This document shows positions 36,556-45,101 of a stretch of 46,407 nucleotides of DNA, piece by piece (position 1 is the first letter of the stretch; every line of letters starts with the position of its first letter). The stretch comes from an uncultured archaeon (lineage in GTDB: Archaea; Asgardarchaeota; Thorarchaeia; Thorarchaeales; Thorarchaeaceae). The notes under the pieces were generated by a model. That model did no database searches and was not told the DNA's origin. It saw only the letters and a program-made list of their open reading frames with translations. The position numbers were made by a program, and so were the translations under genes. The stretch spans positions 1-46,407 of the forward strand of contig CAYWJO010000027.1 of assembly GCA_964458565.1 (NCBI GenBank), given 5' to 3'.

Positions 36556-38627
36556 TGGTTATGGAAGAACACTTACCCAGTTCAGACACAAGGAAGAAGT
36601 CTGACACTCGAGCAAAGAGGATTTTCAAACGTATTCACACTGCTCTAGATAGTTCGACTCCTGAACCAATGAAATCCATTTGGAGAACAATCGTAAGATC
36701 TGATATACCACCTCCAGAGCAAATTATCTATCCGTCTAGAATCGACAAGATTTTTCGTTATTTCGTAACAGGTTCAATGTTCTATCTTCTCATGCTAATC
36801 GTTACTGCATTATATACAGCACTGATAGCACCTGGAATAGGAATTACTTCTCTGTCTATTCTCGTAGCATTATCGGCTATCTTGATAATTTTCTTTGGAC
36901 TAATCAACACTGGACTCACAACACGGTTATGGAAAATTCCACAAGCTGGAAAATTCGGTTATGTTGCGATGCATGGCCTCTCGTTATTGCTTGAGATGAT
37001 TATTTTCTATTTACCACATCTCTTGTTTGTGTTTGACACAACTGATCGTATCATTCTCTTGGTAATAGTGATGGGTAGATTTCTTATTTACGCCTTCACT
37101 TTCGGATATCTAAGTTCAAGAATTGGTCATGGATTTGCCTCTGTTGATGAGGGTGCATTGGGTAGTTTACCCAAATACCTCGGGGATTCTTTTCAGAAGC
37201 TTATTTCTTGGAATTTCTGGAAGACAATCTTATGGGCAGGTGTTTCAGTCTTGCTCGCAATTCTTGTCAGTGCTCTTATTATGGTAACAGCAGGGTACGA
37301 TCCAGGGGTAGCTTTCAGTGCATTGACTACAGGTGCGCTTCGGCAATTTGATCGAGTGTTATTCTATGCTACACCATTAATACTCACTGGTTTGGCAGTG
37401 GCTCTAGCTTTCAAATGTGGTCTCTTCAATATAGGTGCAGAGGGCCAAGTGTATATGGGATCTATTGCAGCTGCTGGACTTGGAGCCCTTTCATGGTGGT
37501 GGTTCACGCCACCAGAATGGTTTGCAGTTTTTCACATTCTGGGATGTTTAGCTGTTGGTGCTTTGTGCGGCTTTGCTTGGGGTCTTCTTCCAGGACTCCT
37601 GAAGTCATACAGAGGAGCGCACGAAGTAGTAACTACAATGATGCTTAGCTACACAGCAGTGATTTTTACTACATGGCTTGCATCGGACTTGTGGAAGGAA
37701 CCTGGTCCATACCAGTATAATGCTCAGACTCCAGAGATTGACCCTACAGCTGTTATAGGGAATTTGTTTGGCTCTGATTATCTAAACGGCGGATTCATAA
37801 TCGCAATCCTCGGTGTCGTATTTGTATGGTTCGTGTTGAATCGAACTGTGCTTGGATATGAGATGCGTGCGGTTGGGATTAACGTAGATGCTGCAGAGTA
37901 TTCAGGAATCAATCCAAAATATAGGATGGCTTTGGCATTAGCTCTTAGTGGAGCACTTGCAGGATTAGCAGGTGCTTCCGAAATACAAGGCCAATATCAT
38001 CGATTCTACAAGGAATGGTCTCCTGGTCTTGGTTGGGATGGAATCACAGTCGCAGTTCTTGGACATAATAATCCTTGGGGGTGTCTTCTGGGTGCTATCT
38101 TTTTTGGATTCCTTAGAGCTGGTGGAAACGCTATGCATCAAGAAGCTCATGTACCCTCTGAAATGGTCGGTGTTATTCAAGGTCTTGTGGTTTTATTTGT
38201 GGCTGCTCCAAGACTGATTCAATGGATGGCAGATCAGGGTATTGATTATGCGAAATGGTTGCGAAATAAACCCACGGTAGCACTTCCACCTTTCATCACG
38301 ATGGTGATGGGTATATTGGCCATGGGTATAAGCTTTTCATTCATTATCTCAGCACCAGAAGAACTTGCTATGCTTGTAGGTCCTCTTTGGATCGCAGCGA
38401 TGCTGAGTCTGATTGCTGCTCTTTCCATGTTGGGTAGGCAAAAACGAGGACCAGATTTGTCAATGCTTGCAGCAATATCATGGGTTATGATTGGTCTTCT
38501 GGGAGTAATGATGAGAGATACTGGTGTGACATTTGTCTTTCTTGGTATGGGTTTCGTCTGGATTGTGATTTGCACGATAGCGCTCTTGATGCTACAGAAG
38601 TATCATGAAATGGAGGTGCAGCAATAA
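36555..38627 (+). CDS. Nucleoside ABC permease (NupB/YufP-like) with N- and C-terminal TM extensions
   Basis: TPLILTGLAVALAF, GLFNIGAEGQ, HEVVTTMML, GYEMRAVG.N..AAEYSGI, GWDGITVA; 690 aa. Confidence 0.93.
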   Translation: MVMEEHLPSSDTRKKSDTRAKRIFKRIHTALDSSTPEPMKSIWRTIVRSDIPPPEQIIYPSRIDKIFRYFVTGSMFYLLMLIVTALYTALIAPGIGITSLSILVALSAILIIFFGLINTGLTTRLWKIPQAGKFGYVAMHGLSLLLEMIIFYLPHLLFVFDTTDRIILLVIVMGRFLIYAFTFGYLSSRIGHGFASVDEGALGSLPKYLGDSFQKLISWNFWKTILWAGVSVLLAILVSALIMVTAGYDPGVAFSALTTGALRQFDRVLFYATPLILTGLAVALAFKCGLFNIGAEGQVYMGSIAAAGLGALSWWWFTPPEWFAVFHILGCLAVGALCGFAWGLLPGLLKSYRGAHEVVTTMMLSYTAVIFTTWLASDLWKEPGPYQYNAQTPEIDPTAVIGNLFGSDYLNGGFIIAILGVVFVWFVLNRTVLGYEMRAVGINVDAAEYSGINPKYRMALALALSGALAGLAGASEIQGQYHRFYKEWSPGLGWDGITVAVLGHNNPWGCLLGAIFFGFLRAGGNAMHQEAHVPSEMVGVIQGLVVLFVAAPRLIQWMADQGIDYAKWLRNKPTVALPPFITMVMGILAMGISFSFIISAPEELAMLVGPLWIAAMLSLIAALSMLGRQKRGPDLSMLAAISWVMIGLLGVMMRDTGVTFVFLGMGFVWIVICTIALLMLQKYHEMEVQQ

Positions 38628-39583
38628 TGCAAGGACTTGATGTCACACTAAACATTATTGGTTGGCTTTTGAAAGCGACATTGGAATCTTCAGTACCACT
38701 GGTTCTGGCTGCACTTGGTGGTATGTTTTCAGAACGCTCAGGCGTGGTGAATATTGGTCTTGAAGGAATGATGTTACTTGCTGCAGCTTCTGGAGCAGCG
38801 GGCAGTTTTCTCACAGGTAATCCATGGATAGGTCTTCTATTTGGAGTTGGTGCGGGTGCAGGATTAGCAGTTATCCATGCAGTAATTTCCGTGAAATACA
38901 AAGGTAATCACATTGTGTCTGGTACAGGAATTTTACTCTTTGCAGCGGGTGCAAGTACGTTGATGCTACAGGTAATCTGGGGTCGACCTGGTACCTCTGA
39001 TAGAGTACCAACAATTCCAGATGTAGGATTCTCTGGAGCTTCAGATGTTCCTCTCCTTGGTCCTGTGCTTGAGGGAGTATCTCCAATTGTTTACGGTATG
39101 TTTGTAATAGCAATTATCTGTTGGTATGTCCTTTACAAGACACCCTTTGGATTACGCTTGCGAGCTGCAGGAGAAGACCCAAGCACACTTGATACAGCTG
39201 GTGTGAATGTTGAAACTATGAGATATATTGGAGTAATTTTGAGTGGTGTGCTTGCAGGACTAGCTGGAGCTTATCTATCTATATCTTTCCAACCTCGATT
39301 TAGTAAAGGTATGACTTCTGGTCGGGGTTTCATCGCGCTCGCAGCTTTGATATTTGGAAATTGGACTCCGATTGGCTGTCTTTTAGCTGGAATCTTCTTT
39401 GGCTTCCTTGATGGCCTTACCTTCGCAGTGCAGATTATCCCAGAGCTATCATTTCTGCAACCATATAACAACTTCATTTTCATGTTGCCGTTTGTGCTTG
39501 TTGTAGTTGCTCTAGCAGTCATTCGGAAGTCTGTGCCACCAAAAGCAGTAGGTGTACCGTATGAAAAAGAGACGAAAGGATGA
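38627..39583 (+). CDS. Nucleoside ABC permease (NupC/YufQ-like)
   Basis: SERSGVVNIGLEGMM, TPFGLRLRAAGEDP, GRGFIALAALIFGNW, PKAVGVPY. Confidence 0.95.
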   Translation: MQGLDVTLNIIGWLLKATLESSVPLVLAALGGMFSERSGVVNIGLEGMMLLAAASGAAGSFLTGNPWIGLLFGVGAGAGLAVIHAVISVKYKGNHIVSGTGILLFAAGASTLMLQVIWGRPGTSDRVPTIPDVGFSGASDVPLLGPVLEGVSPIVYGMFVIAIICWYVLYKTPFGLRLRAAGEDPSTLDTAGVNVETMRYIGVILSGVLAGLAGAYLSISFQPRFSKGMTSGRGFIALAALIFGNWTPIGCLLAGIFFGFLDGLTFAVQIIPELSFLQPYNNFIFMLPFVLVVVALAVIRKSVPPKAVGVPYEKETKG

Positions 39584-39666
39584 AGATGGGGATCCTAGAG
39601 ATCCCTTTCGCTCTATAGAGGGATGAATACCTTTGAATTATCTTTAAATTCGAAAAAAATCGTTAA

Positions 39667-40113
39667 GTGATGCACATGACAATTCATAATCGAAATTCAA
39701 TGATTCTCTGTATAGTTGGTGGAGCGTTGCTAATCACATCAGGTGCTAGTGGCGCAGTAGGCATCATTGGTAATTTTGCTGAGAACTTGAGTGCTCTCCT
39801 TGGTCTTGAGGGTGCAGCAACAGTAGAGCTTATTCTCGGTATACTAGCAGGATTGACAGTGCTTGGAGGTTTGGGAGTGATCATTGCAGGATTGATTGTT
39901 ACAACCGAACGAGTGGAGTTTGGTAGAATTCTTATTTTTCTCTCAACAGGTATGGGAATACTTGGACTTGTCATGAGTCTTGTTCAATTACTCATGATTG
40001 GTACACTAGTTATGGATTTAATGATTCAAGTGGGACAATCTCTCGGTTGGGTTGGTGCCATATTCTCTATCACTGGCCGAACAATAACAGAACAGCCACC
40101 AATGGTTAAGTAG
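39667..40113 (+). CDS. Gly-rich 4-TM membrane protein, function unknown
   Basis: Four hydrophobic helices. Confidence 0.75.
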   Translation: MMHMTIHNRNSMILCIVGGALLITSGASGAVGIIGNFAENLSALLGLEGAATVELILGILAGLTVLGGLGVIIAGLIVTTERVEFGRILIFLSTGMGILGLVMSLVQLLMIGTLVMDLMIQVGQSLGWVGAIFSITGRTITEQPPMVK

Positions 40114-40117
40114 TATC

Positions 40118-40510
40118 TTAGAATTCAAAGATGGAAACTGATGATTCTAGGTTCTTTGCAGACTGAACACACTCTCTCAGAATACCTTCTTTATCGGCGT
40201 CCATTGTTATGAAAGCAGCTACGAACCATATCCCCTTCCCAGTTCCACAAACTAGTCCTATCGCTCCATCTGGATTGATTCCCACTAATCCTTCTTTTGC
40301 AGCAAGTGCTACAAGAAATGGGATCCCCTTTACAATCAATGAGGGTCCACTAGTTCTCCAAATCTCTAAAATCATAGAGATATCATTCTCAATCATCATG
40401 TTCTCAGTTGCATATGCCATTTTTCCTTCAAACGTAAAAGCACAAGAGCCAATGATATTCTCATAATTAGACATTGCAATCTCAATTGTTCTTTTCACTC
40501 GCATACTCAT
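40118..40510 (-). CDS. Profilin-like protein (Asgard type, divergent)
   Basis: 130 aa; helix - GSCAFTFEGKMAYATEN - ILEIW...PSLIVKGI.F - EGLVGINPDG..GLV - C-terminal helix, which follows the Asgard profilin pattern as I recall it. Confidence 0.7.
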   Translation of the reverse strand: MSMRVKRTIEIAMSNYENIIGSCAFTFEGKMAYATENMMIENDISMILEIWRTSGPSLIVKGIPFLVALAAKEGLVGINPDGAIGLVCGTGKGIWFVAAFITMDADKEGILRECVQSAKNLESSVSIFEF

Positions 40511-40571
40511 CTAAGGTCGAGATGGTGTTGGAAAAATCATTGAAATACCTTTGTCGCACTCATCCATTCAA

Positions 40572-41168
40572 TCAAGATGCAAGTGATATGGCCTTCGCGA
40601 GAAGAATGCTCCTGTGGTGTAATTCATCATGAGCAACCCATGTTGTGAATCTATTGTTCCTCACTGCCATTCCATGTCTTAGTGCAATATCCTCTCTTTT
40701 TTCAGAAGAGATGATTGGAGATGTGAGTTTGTATACAAACCATTCTCCTGACTCTTGTTCTCTGATTCTGCATTTAACATCGATGAACTCTGTATCACTA
40801 ACATACACTCTGAAGCGCTTCCCTAGTGATTGGGTTATCTTGCTTTTCTGACCAAACACACCTTTTAGAATGCTAATTGTGTAAGTGACTGCAGGGCTTG
40901 GCATAAATGCCCAGTGCCAAAATGCGTAGAAGAACATCATAACAGAGAATGCAAGAAAGAAACCTACAGTATTGAATGATGCGACGACTTCAAATCCTTG
41001 TGCCCAACCTGCAGGAATCCAATCTATTGGTGGATCTTTGAGAATTGAGTCAATACCATTTGAGTAAAACAAGATGAATGAAGCCGCGTACATAGCTATG
41101 AGTGCAGCTAAGGCAATCCTCTGCCGGTCTATGTATAGACCACGGGCTTTATTCAGTAGCTTATCCAT
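40572..41168 (-). CDS. 2-TM membrane protein with soluble C-terminal domain, function unknown
   Basis: Start overlaps the upstream stop (TAATG). Confidence 0.75.
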   Translation of the reverse strand: MDKLLNKARGLYIDRQRIALAALIAMYAASFILFYSNGIDSILKDPPIDWIPAGWAQGFEVVASFNTVGFFLAFSVMMFFYAFWHWAFMPSPAVTYTISILKGVFGQKSKITQSLGKRFRVYVSDTEFIDVKCRIREQESGEWFVYKLTSPIISSEKREDIALRHGMAVRNNRFTTWVAHDELHHRSILLAKAISLAS

Positions 41169-41527
41169 TATTCTTCTTCTTCTTCAAGTGATTTTAGGTA
41201 GATCTTCTTGGACTCCTCACCGAATTCCTTACACATTTCAATAAGAACAGTAAGCAATGGGTGCTCGCTATTGATTCGAATCGCGTAAAGCTTGGGTGTA
41301 AGCTCATCGATTTGTATCATATCGTTCTCCTGCAAATGTGATAGGACTCCTCTGTAGAGGCTTCTTGATTTACCACTGTAGCCGATAAGACGGCTTAATT
41401 GAACGCCACTTACGCTCTTTGGATATATGTGTCCGAGTGCTAATAGTATTGCTCTTCGGGTATCATTCAGTGAGGACATCAGCTGAATGAGTTCATACAT
41501 TGTGCGTAAGTTGTCGTCACTACTCAT
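41168..41527 (-). CDS. Winged-helix DNA-binding protein
   Basis: TRRAILLAL...VSGVQLSRLIG...LY..VLSHLQENDMI + wing. Confidence 0.7.
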   Translation of the reverse strand: MSSDDNLRTMYELIQLMSSLNDTRRAILLALGHIYPKSVSGVQLSRLIGYSGKSRSLYRGVLSHLQENDMIQIDELTPKLYAIRINSEHPLLTVLIEMCKEFGEESKKIYLKSLEEEEE

Positions 41528-41731
41528 TTGGAATCAACAGGACATCTATTTGCTTGTGTTGTCTGAAACACATTCAAAAGGTTGAATTTTACTCCCCTTG
41601 AACCGTTTCACTATCTTAGTTTAATGTTAAATGCTCTATTTCTACTTATCGTCAACTTACTCCATTCACCAAAGAATTAATTACGTTCGAAACTCTCCAC
41701 AATATGAAACTCTATTTAATTACAGGAGGTC

Positions 41732-42310
41732 GTGCCCATTTCATTTGGTAGTAAATACTTCGGATGGTTAGTAGCCCTACTCATCATATTCATTGGAGGT
41801 TGGTTTCTATTACCAGCTGCATACGAGACCTTGATTCTGGTATTCGCTCCGCAGCTTGGTAGTTGGTTGAGACCGACTGCTGTAATGATTAATCTACTCA
41901 TTGTAAATCCTATGAGTAATCCTATTGCTTTAGCTCTTTGGATTGCGGCTGGTCTTGTTGGTGGGATTATCGCAGGTACAAAGAAAGGTGGATTTGTGGT
42001 TGGACTAGTCACTTGGCTATCATGTCTCTTGATTATTGGTTTCTGTGTGATTCAGATATTTCAAGCAGGGATATCATTTGGTACACTAGTAATTCCACCT
42101 GGTTACTCAATTACTGATATCCTAGGAATCCCATTAATCCAAGATGTGATTGGAAGTGTTCTTGGAGCGTTAACTGGCATTGGTTCTGGTGGTTTTGGAC
42201 CTGATATGATAATGCAATTGCTTCTTCCATTGATTGTGTATTTCTTGATACCAGTGATAACAGTAATTATTGCAGCCATAATCGGCGCAGCAATCAGACC
42301 AAAGGAGTGA
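41732..42310 (+). CDS. 4-TM membrane protein, function unknown
   Basis: Hydrophobic; GLVGGIIAGTKKGG motif. Confidence 0.75.
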   Translation: MPISFGSKYFGWLVALLIIFIGGWFLLPAAYETLILVFAPQLGSWLRPTAVMINLLIVNPMSNPIALALWIAAGLVGGIIAGTKKGGFVVGLVTWLSCLLIIGFCVIQIFQAGISFGTLVIPPGYSITDILGIPLIQDVIGSVLGALTGIGSGGFGPDMIMQLLLPLIVYFLIPVITVIIAAIIGAAIRPKE

Positions 42311-42317
42311 GATAAAC

Positions 42318-43991
42318 ATGAAATTAAACCGTAAGATTACAGTAAGCATTTTCTTGATTGCTTTTCTTGGATTTCCAATAATGATGGCCACAAATGTTTC
42401 TGCAAATCCTATCTTAGCACAGGAGATGGAAACCATTGAGGCTATAATCTCTGATGGTGCCGAAGGTCTCTTTACATATATTGATACAGAGGGTCGACCA
42501 ATAACGGCTTATGGTCAGGTTGGTTTTCCTTCAGATGCATTGAATCTAGATGCCACAATGTATGATGACTGTCTCGCAATGGCTTTACTATCGATCAAAG
42601 GAGAAACCCTTGATTATCTCCTTACAAATCTTATACCTACATTGTTTGGTGGAAGTGAACCAGTCAATGCAACCATATCTTCAACTCTGGGGTACACAGC
42701 TCTTCAGTTTGGTGACGGTTTTAGTATCGATTCAATACTCGATATCCTTGGAGATACCTTTAGTCTCTTGATTACAGCATACTTGGATATCAGTGAAACT
42801 GCAGCAAATACACGTGTCAGTCAGGTCCTAGCCCATCTATCAGGAGCTCCATTTAGTTTCGCATTTTCAGAACTAATCTCACTAAGAATTGACGAAGCGA
42901 TGATTGCAGAAATGACAGGTGGTGAAGGTGGAATTGACCTCCCCTTTGAGTCAATTGACCTATTTATTCACAAGTTGGAGACCCCAACTACGCAGACTAT
43001 CAATACAATACTTGGAATAATGGATGACGATGGACTTCTTGGTAGTATTGATCAAACCGAGTTCACAGAAGCATCTGGTTCAGCGGCTGCTCTTGTAGCA
43101 ATACCTCGGTTCGAGCTGATTAACGATTTGATAGGTGGTTTTGGTGGAATGGGAACCAATGAGCTATCACCTTATGGTCAATTTGCATTAGCTCAGAACT
43201 TCACGTTTGATCAGCCAATTGCAGTCGCAGGAGCAGGATATATTGGTGACCAAGCTATCGAAGCAGGTGACACTGAGTTGAGACTTAGTGTGGTAGTTGG
43301 AGCAAGTTCATTCGAACCATTTACGGATGCGAATTCAATCGTAATATGCGCTCTACCAGACACCACCAATATCACAGGAATAACTCCGAATACTGAGGGG
43401 TCATTCTGGAACCCAAATCAAACCCTCATATATTGGAATGCAACCCACTTGGGTACACAGCCAGATTATATTATTCACTTTGAATCCGATGATTTCCCGC
43501 CCCGCATTGATGTTGAGCGTACATTTGAACCAGATTCACCTGTAACAGAGGCTGGTACAGTCGATGTGACAGTCACTGTAACAAACAATGGTGATTTTCC
43601 AATTACAGATGTTGTTATTGATGACTCATATTTGGAAACTCTTTATCCCACTTTAGTAATAACAGGCTCAACAACACGAACTGTTTCATCTATCACCCCA
43701 GATAGTTCTGCAACGCTTGAGTATTCTGTGACGTTTGTTAGTGAGGGTGCATATGCTTTCATTCATGGGGAAGTTAGCTATACTTACGAAGGTTCAGAGT
43801 ATTCTGAGGGAATACCTGATCAATCATATACAATTGCTTCGAGCTTCATAGATAGCATAATGAACCTCATCGAGGATGGATGGCCATATTCCGGAATGGC
43901 TCTAGGAATAATCGGCTTGGGTGCTGTTGTTAACATAGCTCTAATGCGCCGTGGTGGTGGCGGTAGATCTGGCGGAGTATATCAAGTCTAG
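42318..43991 (+). CDS. Secreted acidic protein with C-terminal Ig-like (DUF11/BatD/TRAP-beta-like) domain and TM anchor
   Basis: Signal peptide; VTVTVTNNG..PITDVVIDD...G.Y.F...EVSY; TM helix, then RRGGGG. Confidence 0.8.
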   Translation: MKLNRKITVSIFLIAFLGFPIMMATNVSANPILAQEMETIEAIISDGAEGLFTYIDTEGRPITAYGQVGFPSDALNLDATMYDDCLAMALLSIKGETLDYLLTNLIPTLFGGSEPVNATISSTLGYTALQFGDGFSIDSILDILGDTFSLLITAYLDISETAANTRVSQVLAHLSGAPFSFAFSELISLRIDEAMIAEMTGGEGGIDLPFESIDLFIHKLETPTTQTINTILGIMDDDGLLGSIDQTEFTEASGSAAALVAIPRFELINDLIGGFGGMGTNELSPYGQFALAQNFTFDQPIAVAGAGYIGDQAIEAGDTELRLSVVVGASSFEPFTDANSIVICALPDTTNITGITPNTEGSFWNPNQTLIYWNATHLGTQPDYIIHFESDDFPPRIDVERTFEPDSPVTEAGTVDVTVTVTNNGDFPITDVVIDDSYLETLYPTLVITGSTTRTVSSITPDSSATLEYSVTFVSEGAYAFIHGEVSYTYEGSEYSEGIPDQSYTIASSFIDSIMNLIEDGWPYSGMALGIIGLGAVVNIALMRRGGGGRSGGVYQV

Positions 43992-43999
43992 AATTCCTT

Positions 44000-44045
44000 A
44001 ACGACTGCACCTCTTATGGTGCATGTCGTTTTCCTTTTCTTTTTC
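44000..44045 (+). terminator. Hairpin AACGACTGCACC-N6-GGTGCATGTCGTT + long T-tract
   Basis: 9 nt after the 43991 stop. Confidence 0.7.
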
Positions 44046-44096
44046 ATTAGCAAGTATCTTTATGTGGAAAAAGTGAATTTTCATATTGTGAATCAA

Positions 44097-45047
44097 ATGC
44101 AACTCAAGGATAGTCTCAATGGTTACTTGCGATTACCAAGATCATTCTTTGGTGTTCCCTCGCCAAAAAAGGGTCTACCTGATATTGGTATTCTTGGTGT
44201 TCCATATGATTTGACTTCTAGCTATTATCCTGGATCGCGATTCGGTCCTGATGCAATTCGGAAAGCCACAGACAGTGAACAATCACATAGCCATTTACTA
44301 CAAGTTGGAAGGGATGAGTTTGAGGATTCAAAACCTCTCTCAAAACGATTAACCATTGAAGATGTTGGAGACCTTGAGATTAGTTCTAGATTACCTGAAC
44401 AAGCTTACTATGATATATCTGAAGCAACCACCAGGCTTGCTAAAAATGGTACATCCTTATTATTCCTGGGAGGGGATCATTTCATAACATATCCCATAAT
44501 TAGAGGTCTCTCTCGTTTCAGGGAAGGTGTTGTTGGAGTTGTCTATCTTGATTCTCATGCAGATTTCTATGATGATATGGGTGGAAATCAATTATCTCAT
44601 GCTACAACATTGAAACGAATTGTGAATGAGGAACTAGTTAAGATTGAGAACATCGTTGCTTATGACCTTAGGACCGCCATACCTGAACATACTAAGGAGC
44701 TTGCAGGTAATCGTCCAATAGATATACAAAATCCAACGGTCTTCGCAGAATACCTCAAAGAGGTATCAGAAAATGTTGATTGGCTTTATCTTTCACTAGA
44801 CCTTGATGTGATGTCTCCAGAACTTGTGCCTGGAGTTAGTCATCCAGAATCTGGTGGACTGTCTTTTATAGGGGCAATTCAATTAATTCGGAATGTGTTT
44901 AGAACAGGAAAAGTTCTCTACGCAGATATTGTGGAATTCAATCCTTTACTCGATAGTTCGGGAATCACAGCAACAACAGCTCGAGACCTTGTGAAAGAAT
45001 TGCTGTCTGGTTTTGCATTCCAGAAAGAATATAATGAAATGAACTGA
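44097..45047 (+). CDS. Arginase/agmatinase (ureohydrolase) family protein
   Basis: GVPYD, GSRFGPDAIR, GGDHF, DSHADF, SLDLDV, PGVSHPESGG, DIVEFNP; the ORF-track start at 44016 overlaps the terminator, so ATG 44097 is preferred. Confidence 0.93.
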   Translation: MQLKDSLNGYLRLPRSFFGVPSPKKGLPDIGILGVPYDLTSSYYPGSRFGPDAIRKATDSEQSHSHLLQVGRDEFEDSKPLSKRLTIEDVGDLEISSRLPEQAYYDISEATTRLAKNGTSLLFLGGDHFITYPIIRGLSRFREGVVGVVYLDSHADFYDDMGGNQLSHATTLKRIVNEELVKIENIVAYDLRTAIPEHTKELAGNRPIDIQNPTVFAEYLKEVSENVDWLYLSLDLDVMSPELVPGVSHPESGGLSFIGAIQLIRNVFRTGKVLYADIVEFNPLLDSSGITATTARDLVKELLSGFAFQKEYNEMN

Positions 45048-45101
45048 CTTCATTCAACTAGAAGGGTTCTTAGAACAGACTTGGAACACAGCTAAAGAGT
45101 G

